Under the pieces are notes generated by a model. It had not been told where the DNA came from and made no database searches. It saw only the letters and a program-made list of their open reading frames with translations. Made by a program: the position numbers and the translations under genes. DNA of 64,000 bases from Selaginella moellendorffii (lineage: Eukaryota; Plantae; Lycopodiophyta): the NCBI RefSeq assembly GCF_000143415.4, contig NW_003314264.1:1993710-2057709 (forward strand), read 5' to 3'. The stretch's first letter is position 1. Each line of letters begins with the position of its first letter. Below, in pieces: positions 50,681 through 61,700 of the stretch.

Positions 50681-51495
50681 ATGGCGATCAGGGTTCTAGC
50701 GAAGAGCTTCCGCCCTTCCTCCTCCCTCGCGTCTCCCCGCGGCGCGATCTTCCAGCTCCTCCGCACGAACTCCAATCAATCAGGAGCAGCGGCAGCGGCG
50801 ACGCGGGGTGCCACTGGAAATCCCCCCTTGGATGGAGGATCATCGGGCGTGGATCTCACCAAGGATGATAATCTCGGTGTCATAGACAACGCGAGCATGG
50901 GGCGGAGGGGGAGAATCCGAGCGCCGGTGCCGCAGCTCCACCAGCCAGAAGGAATTTTCGGTGAGTAGATCTTTCCCCCCTTCCAAGAATCGAAATCTCT
51001 CCCCTCCTTCCAAGAATCTCACGAAATCTTGCGAAATATGAGCCAGATCTTTGGAGCCCGTATGCGCCGTCGAGGAGCATGCGCCAGATGGTGGAGACGA
51101 TGAATCGCATCCTCGATCCAGGTTTCTTTCGTGGATTGGACAATGGGCTCTACATCGGGAGGATGCCGTGGGACATCGTCGATGGCAAGGATGCGTTCCA
51201 CCTCCGGCTTGACATGCCGGGATTCAACAAGGAGGATGTCAAGGTCCACGTTGAGGACGAGGAGCTGGTGATCAAGGCCGAGAGGAGCGGCAGTGGCAGC
51301 GCTGGCGGCGGCGGTGGCGACGAGCCGGGGAGTGTGTTTGATATCCAGAGATCTGTTAACACGCGCATGGCTCTTCCGCCGGAGGCTGCCAGGGACAAGA
51401 TCAAAGCGGAGCTCAAGAACGGTGTTCTCGCGATCGTGCTTCCTAAGGAGCAAGTTCCAGAAGAGAAGAAGCGCGTAGCTGTGGACGTAGCTTGA
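50681..51495 (+). CDS. Organellar small heat-shock protein (alpha-crystallin domain); intron 50961-51046
   Basis: Transit peptide, Met-rich 'RSMRQMVETMNRI', and the ACD 'RMPWDIVDGKDAFHLRLDMPG..KEDVKVHVED..LVIK...DKIKAELKNGVLAIVLPK'. Confidence 0.93.
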
Positions 51496-51620
51496 GAGGA
51501 GATAGAGATCTCACACGTACATTTGTAAGTCTTTCACACTTTAGCTTCTATGCAAAGAGTTTTTTTCTTCGCAGAGGTGGTGTTCTTTAGCTTGCCCTCT
51601 TTGCTAGTAGCTCTCCATCC

Positions 51621-52070
51621 ATGGCGGAGGATTTGCGACGCTTGCAAGCCTCTTCAAACGCGGGGGTCGTGCTGCTACGATGCTCTCAACGCCAAGCTCG
51701 TCCATTCCCTTCACGCTCATGGGAGGTATGGGATCACATCGTTCTTTGGGATTTTTCGAGTGATTTTCTCGTGGGCGATCCAGGATTTGCAGGGATCGCG
51801 GGCCCAGATGCAGGGCTCATATCCTACGCCGAGATGGTCGACCAGGGAAGAAACATGACGTCCGCGGTCTCCATTCCTGTGGCGATAATGGCTATGGAAA
51901 TGCGATTAACATCAAGAAAACTATCAAGGGATACATCCTGCTGGAATCCTCCTCGAAGACCAGGTGTCTCTTGCTGAAAACTTGAGATTTCTGCGACGCT
52001 GTTCCAAGGAGCTGGGCTTTAGATTTGTTGGCTATCCTTAATCGCTAATTGCGAGCAATACAAGTCTCTC
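51621..52070 (+). pseudogene. Pseudogene of an isocitrate lyase/PEP-mutase family enzyme (2,3-dimethylmalate lyase/CPEP mutase-like)
   Basis: Fragments 'CCYDALNAKLV', 'PDAGLISYAEMVDQGRNMTSAVSIP', 'GDNGYGNAINIKKTIKGY', 'GILLEDQVS' and 'ELGFRFVGYP*SLI' lie in different frames, with deletions. Confidence 0.85.
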
Positions 52071-52379
52071 TTTTCAGATCGCTTGCTTGATTCTCTCTAA
52101 TCTTTGTGATGGAAAACTTCACTAGGATGCAGCTGCTGCTTTTGAGATCAAAGGGAATATTCAGAGGAACAAGTAGCAATTGAGTCTGGTCACAACAAAA
52201 GAAGTAACCTAAGGTTTACCTACGAAGGGCATTGTTTAAAAATAATAATTTAGTTCACTATCCACATCACATCACAAGATCAAGTTAGATGGGGTTAAGT
52301 GAAAGTTCCATATTTTATTATAAAGAACCAATTATAGGCTAAAGGATTTCAAAATCATGATTAAAATAATAAAGAGTTT

Positions 52380-53059
52380 ATTGAGTCTAAGATCAAAACT
52401 AAGACTGAGATCAAATTTGAGATTGAGCCCGAGACCAAATTCAAAGTCGAGTCTAAGATCAAATCTAAAATTAAATTCAAGACCGAGTCTAAATATTAAT
52501 TTAAATCGTGGGATGAAAGCCCAAAGTGATCATCTCCTAAAGGGGAGGCACTTCAGGCATTATAAATGTATAGTAAGGATAGTGTAGTATTGAAAAAACT
52601 TTTTAGTGTCCAAACTCCCTATTTGGGTATACATTTCCATGATAAGACTAGGGGTTAGGTAGGAGTAAACTAACAAATTAGAAAAGGAAAATTTATAACT
52701 TACAATTTGGTATTGAAGTTTCTTTCTCAATTTTAGTGAAGTATAGAGGTGGATTGTTAGAAGATAGTAAAAGTAAAGCATAAGTGAACTAAGGCAAAAA
52801 CAAAACCTTCCTCAGAGATAGAACCTCTAATTGAATAAAAAGTTATAAATAAGGGACCTCTATATAAAGACTCTAGTGAGAAGATTTCTAAACAAGAGTT
52901 TGGTAGTGAAGTTCAGTCATCCAAGGCTCAATTAAACACTTTGGAAAGACAAGTGGCATGGACCAATGCCCTATTAGAGTGCAAGTTAAAGCATGACGAG
53001 AAGTGAAAAAAAAAAAAAAAAAAAGATTACAAATGCTAAGAGCATAGAAGGCATGTATT
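52380..53059 (+). mobile_element. Old degenerate LTR-like element (outermost layer; probably continues at 63355-63445)
   Basis: A decayed GAGTCY/GAGACY hexamer array is followed by GGGATGAAAGCCCAAAG and TAAATGTATAGTAAGGATAG, the same layout as the younger LTRs. The true ends were not found. Confidence 0.5.
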
Positions 53060-53633
53060 TGTGAGACACAAATCCCTAAGCTCCAAAGTTGTCGCGAATG
53101 TGACTTCAAGTATTGAAAGTTATCTGTCGACCAGTTCTTATGAACACTCTTACCTTATTGCCACGATGGCAGGAAGTTGATATTGCTAGACCCTTTTGTG
53201 CTAGTAGAGTTAATTGGGCATTTCGAGTGTACTTAGACCGGACGAGCATAAGGACGGAATTCCTACGTGTTATTAACTAAGCATACTTAGCCCGGTAAAG
53301 AGTTCCTGTCTCGTTTTGTCTTGCACTTGCTAGTGACAAGAACCCTCGCGTATTGAGATTAGTCCCTCAATATCGCTACATGATAGCTTATCGTGTCTGC
53401 CAAACACGCCTTTAGCGTTAGTCTCAATTCAGTCCCAAATGCTATTTATGGAAAGTGTCTAGATTTGCTCATTTGGCATATCTACGGAATGTAGAGATTG
53501 TCCTGAACACAATGGTGTTTATCCTGTGTCCAAATTTACAATCTAACATCATTCCATATTTAGTAAATTTCAAGCTTGTCCCAAAGACTAACTCCTAATA
53601 CTAAGGGAGGCTTGGGGTGAAAGCCCAAAGCGT

Positions 53634-55218
53634 TGTAAGTGACTAAATTTTCCATTCTACTTTAGTCACTTAACCACACCTTTGAACACTTGGAGGAGTC
53701 TCATTCACAACCTCCTTAAGCCCAATTCAGGACTTGGGACTTGGTAGCCCCGAGGATGGCACCCATGCCACTCATCCCTTGCACTTAGTCTACGTGCTCC
53801 ACGTGTCCAGTCCCAAGACCGACACCCAAAGGTACCACTGACATATCAGCCCGTTACGCTAAGGCCATGCCCATTCACCTTTGCCGCACTAGTGGTCCAA
53901 TACCACTTGGATCACAATCCCGTCTCTCCAAGACTTGGCCATCTGTCCACGAGTGGTCAACCCAGATCCACTCCTTAGCATCCTTAGGATGCCTACAGAC
54001 CTAGGGAATAGTCTTCCCCAATATCCCTTTGTCAGTTCCTACCAAGTCCCTTTTTTGTCCATGGCCATGTTCGCCAACACTGCCACTAGATCAAGGCCCA
54101 CAGGCCCGACCACTAAGTCCCATGGTCCTCTGGGACTTCCTCACCATGTGACTGTATCGTTAGTCACTACACTAGAGGACTGCTCCTCCTCCTTTCCCCC
54201 ATTTGGGACTCCGGGACAACATTTCGGAACACTGTGGGCCTACGCGAACCCCGTGGGTACTCTCCCCACCTTCTGCCTTTAGGTGCTCTAGCCATGGGCT
54301 TAGAGCGAGGTTCCATTGAGCCACGCCTGGCATCCAAGTAGGTAGTGCCACCCACACTTAGATTGGGAGCATCGGCTAGTCGATCTCCCAGGGGAACTAG
54401 AGCTGGCTCTTGAACACTTCAGCAAGCTACCCCGCTTGTTGGTCCGTATTCACTCTAGTCTTGGACTCCCCAGTGGTCAGTTCATCACCCAACACTGGGT
54501 CTGGCCTTCTTGGGCCAAACTGGCCTTTCCTGGCCAAACTGGCTCCACTGCAATCCTCCCCTTACTATACTTTTGGAGCTCACCAAACCCCCTAGGGTCT
54601 GGGAGACGAACACTTTGGGCTTTCACCCTCTCAGACTCGGACTCAGACTCGAACTCGGACTTGGACTCGGACTCGGCCTCGGTCTCGGTCCTGATCTCGG
54701 TCTCGGTCTCGGTCTTGGTCCCAGTCTCGGTCCCGGTCTCGGTCCCGGTCTCGGTCTCGACCTCGGACTCCATCTCGGGTCCTTCTCGGACTCCATCTCG
54801 GATTCCATCTCGGGTCCATCTCGGACTCCATCTCGAACTCTGTCTCGGTCCATCTCGGACTCCATCCCGGTCCATCTTGGACTCCATCTCGGACTCCATC
54901 TCAGTCCATCTCGGACTCCATCTTGGACTCCATCTCAGACTCCACCTCGGACTCCAACTTGGGTCCATCTCGGATTCCATCTCGGACACTTCCACATGTC
55001 ATGTGTTGGTCCTTTTGGGTACCTTTTTGGAGCCTCGCTTATTGCTCGCTTCGTGCTTGCTCCTTGAGCACTTTATTGAGAGTTCCACTCCCGCTCTCGA
55101 CCTATCAAGTCGGAGCTTTTAGTCCAAACGTGTTACGCTCGTTTGGCTTTCGCTTCGGCCACTGCCATGTGGCACCCTTCCGGCTCCACTTTAGGGCCTA
55201 GGGATTTTATGTCTCACA
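53634..55218 (-). mobile_element. Solo LTR of family B (inner copy) inserted in the 5' LTR of element A
   Basis: TG...CA termini with an exact TSD AGCGT (53629-53633 and 55219-55223). It is absent from the equivalent position of A's 3' LTR (about 61150). Confidence 0.92.
54630..54990. repeat. Hexamer and 11-12-bp minisatellite array inside family-B LTR (second copy at 61915-62370)
   Basis: (GACTCG/GTCTCG)n is followed by CTCGGACTCCAT/CTCGGGTCCAT units. Confidence 0.9.
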
Positions 55219-55785
55219 AGCGTGTGTTCCTCAAGAGGGGGGGGGGGGGCTGTAGGGGGTTCCAAATGTATAGTAGGGATAGTAGGTAGGTCGGGCATGG
55301 CCGACCAACCTGAGGCATAGTCTAGCTCCCACTTGCATGCCTGTCCTTGTTCTGCGTCCGGCTTGGGTCTAAGCCCAAGTTCCATTCCATGCTAGCTAGC
55401 AGAGTACCCATATCCTCATATTAGGCCACCGGTATGCTGAAATAGCGCCAGACTCCGTTTGGCTCCGTTTTGCGTGCTGGTCCTGGCATTGGGATACTAG
55501 TTGCTCCAGGACTGTTCCAAGTTGTTTCGGGCTCCTGTCCCTACGCTCCTTAGGCTGTTTGCTTGAGAGTTGCTCCATGGTTCGGTTCCATCACTATTTG
55601 GCTTCATGCTTAGGAGTTTGGCACAATTCCTTCGTTCAGTGGCCCAAGGCCCTGAAACTCGGGTTCCACACCAAGTTCCTTTGAACATGTGGCATGTGAC
55701 ACATGGCATATGTCACGTGGCACATGAAGGGTTTAGGTTCTACTTCATGGTGTAAGATAAAGGTCAAAACCATGTGCGCTACATT

Positions 55786-55797
55786 TGGTATCTGAGG
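55786..55797 (+). other. Primer-binding site (tRNA-iMet) of element A
   Basis: TGGTATCTGAG lies 2 nt after the LTR end ...GCTACA. The canonical plant PBS is TGGTATCAGAGC. Confidence 0.8.
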
Positions 55798-58700
55798 ATG
55801 AGTCTCAGCGAGTACTATCCAATGAGATTTGGCAACTAGTCTCATTACATACGCAGAGATGAAAACGATGATCCGAGTGGGTACACGTTTGGGTGCAAAG
55901 GCTTTGCAATTGTTCTTTGGGTATGGATTTTGTTACCTATTTGTACTGGATTATGTGAGCTTGCTCTTGGGCTCATAAGAGGGATTGAGTTGTTCCAGTC
56001 GCACGAGTTTGAGCTTGGGCTCGTGTGTGAGGCACATTAGCAACTCAAGGTTACATTTTGAGTTGGCAGGATTAATGTTAGGCTATTGGTGGTTCCATGA
56101 ATTGTTCCTTGTACCATAGGTAAAAGCAAACCTCCCTGGGTTTGCTATGAGTGACAAATAGGCTGGTCTATGGCTGTTTAGCACAGCACTAATAGATCCT
56201 TCTTAAGCATGATTATGAGTGAATCAATCAAGACTGTAGGGATTAGTCTATTAATTCAAGTAATTGTTGTTGTGCTCTCTCATAAACTTTTCTTGGATTG
56301 AATTGAAGGCAGTGCGAAAGCAAGCTTGAGGTTTAGTCAAAGATGAGACCGAAAAGAGAGTCGTCAGGGACGAAGGATCAAACATGTAAATCATTTTCTC
56401 TTCTTGGAGGGATGATTTGCAACGAAGTGTGACTCATTGCTCATGTTCACATTATGCAATCAAAAGTCCCTACCTTGATACATGTTGGAAATGGTGGTCT
56501 TGTAAATGGTGAGTCATGGGATGAATAGCAGTGAAGCGCTAAACCATTTTGTCTAGGCTTGCCATTGAAAGACTTGGGTTGCAATGCTCAATTCTTTCCG
56601 GGGAACCTTGCTATTGCTCCTTGAGTAGCTTGGTGTTGGATTAGTTTTGAGTTTGGTCGGAAAGAAAGTGGCATGAGCTTGTCCGTGTTATGAACAAAAG
56701 TTAGTAGTGTTGGGTGTTGTAAATCTCTATCGGTGAAGTGTAGCATTTGTGTTGCATTTTGTCAAATCGAGTTGGCACTTGATACTTACATAAACCTTAT
56801 AGTAGTGACATGGGCATTGCTCGTGGTGGTACTCAATTGATGATCAAGTCATTATGATTTTATATCATATCCATGTGATAGTGAGCAATGTGTTTATGAT
56901 GTTGTTTGGGTAAATGATGATCAACCCCAAAGTGGTTGATAGTGAAAGCTAGTCTACTTGCACGAAGTAGCATTGTAGTAGCTTTGACTGAATTCTCAAT
57001 GGTGGTCTATTATGCTAAGCTTAAGCTGGTACCTTGTTTCCTTGAGTTTGCCCATTAAGGTGTTGGAAAAAGGGTTGTAGCATTCATTTGCTATAGCTTG
57101 TCAGTTTATCTGTTATCACTTGGAATAGATTGTTGGATGGAGAAAATATGTAGTTGGGGCATTGATATCACTAGCACTTGTGTTAGTGGAAGTGGCATTG
57201 TTATTTCGAGTGATGAGGAATTTTCCTTGGATCTTGATTTTCCATGTTATTTTTTTTATTAGTGTTTTGGCTTCACATTGGATCTTGAAGGTGATTGAAG
57301 AAGAGTGTTAGTGCAATGTGAATATTCGAAGATATGATCTTCATGATCAAGCCTTGGATGTTCACTTTACATTTTGCGAATGTCGGTGTTAGATGTCAGA
57401 AAAATGGGCAAAGATGTTCAATGCTTAAGCATATTGTTGGATCATGAGAATTTGTGTTGAGGTGAACCTATGTGAAGTTGTTGGTAGGAGAAAGTTAGTT
57501 GAGTCTTGAAAGTTTGCATTCCTGAGAGTCATTCTTTCTCTAGGATGGAAAATTTTCCACAAATTTTCTTAGGCTTTTCCAATGTCTGATTTTTTGATCA
57601 CTTTATCCAAAAACCTTTTCGTCTTCGTAAGCCAATGAAAGGGTTGGAATTGACTTTGGTTAGTTTAAACCTTAGTAGATAGTTTGTATGATGCGACCCA
57701 AAAGGGATGCTAACTTTTAGGGCTAAGGCAATTGAGTTGGATAGAGTTTGGAGTTGGTGTAGAAAAGTGGCCGTTGCCATTTTCTAAGACAAGTGACCCT
57801 TGTGCCTTTCTTCTATAGCGTTGTGCTTGGTGGTAGGTTTCACCTTGCATTTCATTAGACTCTATGAGAGTAGTAAGCTCTCACTGATCCTAACTTGGTC
57901 TTGGTGGTCTTGTGCCTTGGTTGAGGATGGTGATATCCAACTTAGTTGTTTGAGGTTGAAATGTTAGTACCCATATTATAGCTTTGTCTATGAGGAAGTT
58001 GTGTATCAATGTGAGTCCATCTCATGGTCTTCACTTTAGTTTCAACTGAGTGTTGATCATGCATAGCTAGCCTATTCAAGGTATGCTCAGAGCTATTGGC
58101 TAATGCATTAGTGAGCTTATTTCGGTTAAGTTGGATTTGAGTGGTCATTTAGTTCGTGCTTGTTCGTGAGCCAATATCTCATATCTGGGGTATCACGTTC
58201 ATGTTGGACAAGTATATAACTTGATGACAAGAGTTGGTGTTTGGGTCTTGTGAAAGGCAAGTTGAAAAGTGATTATTGGTTGTTTTACAACTAGTGATTG
58301 TTTGTAGATTTTGTCGAGGACTGTTTACACTTGCTTTGCTCGATGATGATTTAGCAGTGATGGGCTTGCTTTACCGAATGGTGTTGCGGAGGATCGTGTC
58401 GTTAGACTTATATGAGTTTTTCATGTTAACATGTCGACTCTACCTTTGTTGATATCATTGGGTTACATCTAGTCCGTAGTGTTGGATTTCATTGAGTCTT
58501 GGACGTGGTAAATCACTCCTTGATGATGTGTTATCTAAAACCGAGTTTTGCTAAAGGAATTGGTCTCGGATACTGATTAAGGTATCTTCGACTTTGGTTA
58601 GCTTGGTTGCTAAAGAGCTTTGGGTGGTGATTCACTCGTGCTTTCTTCTAGCTTTGTTATGGTGTTGATGGTGATGCCTTGTTGTTGACATTATTGATGT

Positions 58701-61700
58701 CTAGATTCAAGTGAGATAAGATGTCTATCCTTAGGATTGATATTGAGTTTCATTACTCTCGATAGAAATAATGTTGATGGTTTGGCCATGAGTTTGTGTT
58801 ATTAGCATTTGTGCATTTGCTAGTTAGCAACTATGTTGACGTTCAAATGAACTAAGTGGCAACTTTGAGTTAATTGTGTTCTAGACGAGATTTTTAGTAG
58901 AGGTTGAGCTCTGGTTTTTCCTTGAAAAGTGATTCAATCGTGGACTATGCTAACTCTACAAGTGGAAGATTTAGTGATCGATATTGGAATGTTTAAATCT
59001 TTGTTGAATTTGAGTTGGGATATATTGATCATTGATGATTCTTTTTATACTTGCTATGAAGTAAGTTACATCTTGCTATAGATGGATTCATGAAGGATCG
59101 TTTAGTGATCACTATTGAGCATAACTTCATTGTGTTTAGCTTTTGGATTGACGCAGACATTCTCTCCATTAACTTTGTATTATAAAGTATAGCTTATGAA
59201 TGTATTGAAGCGGATGTCATGGGTTATACTATGATTTCTTCTTTAGCATTGAAGTTAATTCATGCAAAACTTATGATCATTGTTATGCAAGACTTGGCTA
59301 TAAGCTTCTTCGAACTTTTAGTTCCTTGAGTTTTCATGCTCATTATTCTATTTATTAGAAGTTGTTGAGGGAAGGCATTCTGGCTTATTAGCTTCGATGT
59401 GGAAGTTAGCTTTCGCATCTCACAATAATTGATGATGATTGACTATCATCTAGGATAATTGATTATCCTTGTTAGAGGTTTTGCTTGATTATTGTTGGTA
59501 TAGAATGATTTGCCATTCTTCGATGATGATTATGCATCTCTCTATTGATGGGAAGATTGATGTTCTTTAATGATAGTTCATTGTTCTCTTTAATGGCTTG
59601 TGGCTTTTTGCAATCCCACATGTTCTTTGTAGATTGGTCTCTTGGGTTTGAGATATCGATAGGATGTTATTGACACTTGCTTGAGCAACTCTGGTTCCTT
59701 GGTATTATTGACTAGGATCTATTTAGATTGGCTAGTGCAATAATTGGCATGAATGAGTGTTTGTTAGTTTTACTGCATTCATTCTGTTTTGCTGATTATT
59801 GCTCGAGTTAGTTCTGATAGATTGGGATGTTATTTCCTTTGGGTGATACATTCGTGAGCATTTTGCTTATCAGTTAATGATACTTTGTGTTCTTTGAGCT
59901 ATCTTTTGTAAGTTGTTTGGCATGCTGTCTACAATCTTCGGTAGTTAAGTTTTCTTATTGAGTGTACTTGATGATATACTTGCTATTGAATTTTATTGGA
60001 TGGTGAATCCTATATTTTCCAATGATAGTGATCTTAGTGGTTTTTATATTGTAATACTAGTTTATCGGATGATAACTTACTTGGAATACTTTTGTGTTCT
60101 AACCTAAGCTTTATTCACTGATAATTAAATCTCTAAGATATCATTGTCTATGACTTTGCCTCTCTATTGATGATCCTTATTCTATTAAAAGGGCATAACC
60201 GTGTAAACAACTTTAACTGCCTGTTTACAGTAGTCTATCTAAACCTTACCGACAGGTTTAGTTTCTTTGCTCAGGAGGGTTGGGGCCTCTGGCTTCTCTC
60301 TCTATGTCCTTGCGGGCAGGGGCATATCACACTTTTGTAACTGGGTGACACCCAGAGCAGTAAGGGTGGCTGACTTCGTTGGTCATTTCCTTGTCGGTGA
60401 TGGCCAGAAGGTGTCTGAGTTGGTAGCGCATCCGCATTAGACAAAGAGGTTACCCCTAACTCATTTAAGTTAGTGCATTTCTCACATAGTGTGAGTACTG
60501 TGAACTTTTTCTGAAGTTATTTCCTTGGCGGTATTCTAGACTCGAGTATGCATCGACGAGGACATCAATCTTCCTTAGGGGGAGAGTGTTGCGTATGTGA
60601 CTTCGGGTATCGAAAGTTACCTGTCGACCAGTCTTTACGAACACTCTTACCTTACTACCACGATGGCAGGAGGTCGGTATTGTTGGACCCTTTATCAGTC
60701 CCTCTTGTGCTAGTGGAGTTAACTGGGCATTTTGAGTGTACTTAGACTACACGAGCATAAGGACGGAATTCTTACATGTTATTAGCTAAGCATACTTAGC
60801 CCGGTAAGGAGTTCCCGTCTCGTTTTATCTTGCACTTGTTAGTGACAAGAACCCTCACGTATTGAGATTAGTCCCTCAATATCGCTACATGATAGGTTAC
60901 TATGTCTGCCAAACACCCTCGCTATCATGCCCTTAGCGTTAGTCTCAATTCGGTCCCAAATGCTATTTATAGAAAGTGTCCAGATTTGCTCATTTGGCAT
61001 ATCTACGGAATGTAGAGATTGTCTTGAACACAATGGTGTTTGTCCTGTGTCCAAATTCTCAATCTAGCACCATTCCATATTTAGTAAGTTTCGAGCTTGT
61101 CCTAGAGACTAACTCCTGATACTAAGGGAGGCTTGGGGTGAAAGCCCAAAGCACGTGTTCCTCACGGTGGGGGGGGGGGGGGGGGGGGGGGGGCGTTGTG
61201 GGGGTATTCAAATGTGTAGTAGGGATAGTGGGTAGGTCGGGCATGGCAGGCATAGTCTAGCTCCCACTTATGTGCCTATCCTTGTTCTGTGTCCGGGTTG
61301 GGTCTAAGCCCAAGTTCCATTCCATGCTAGCTAGTGGAGTACCTATATCCTCACGTTAGACCACCGGTATGCCGAAATAACGCCAAACTCCGTTTAGCTT
61401 CATTTTGCGTGCTGGTCTTGGCATTGGGATGCTAGTTGCTCCAGGACTGTTCCAAGTCACTTCCGGCTCTTGTCCCTATGCTCCTTGGGCTGTTTGCTCG
61501 GGAGTTGCTCCATGGTTCGGTTCCATCACTCCTTGGCTTCATGCTTGGGAGTTTGGCACCGTTCCTTCGTTTAGTGGCCCAAGGCCCTGAAACTTGGGTT
61601 CCACACCACGTTCCTTTGGATACGTGGCATGTGACATGTGGCATATGTCACATGGCACATGAAGGGTTTAGGTTCCGCTTCATGGTGTTATCCTATAGTA

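Noticed and set aside
54630-54990. CRISPR-like array
   Set aside because: These are tandem repeats without unique spacers, in a eukaryotic LTR, with no cas genes.
54436-55201. ORFs in LTR B (and at 61811-62642), for example poly-SD/LG/ET peptides
   Set aside because: They are by-products of stop-free hexamer and minisatellite arrays that are open in several frames on both strands.
61115-61152. Hammerhead ribozyme / retrozyme in LTR A (CTGAT...GAAA)
   Set aside because: The core reads CTGATAC rather than CTGANGA. The GAAA is a tetraloop and does not follow a stem II, and no stems I or III can be built.
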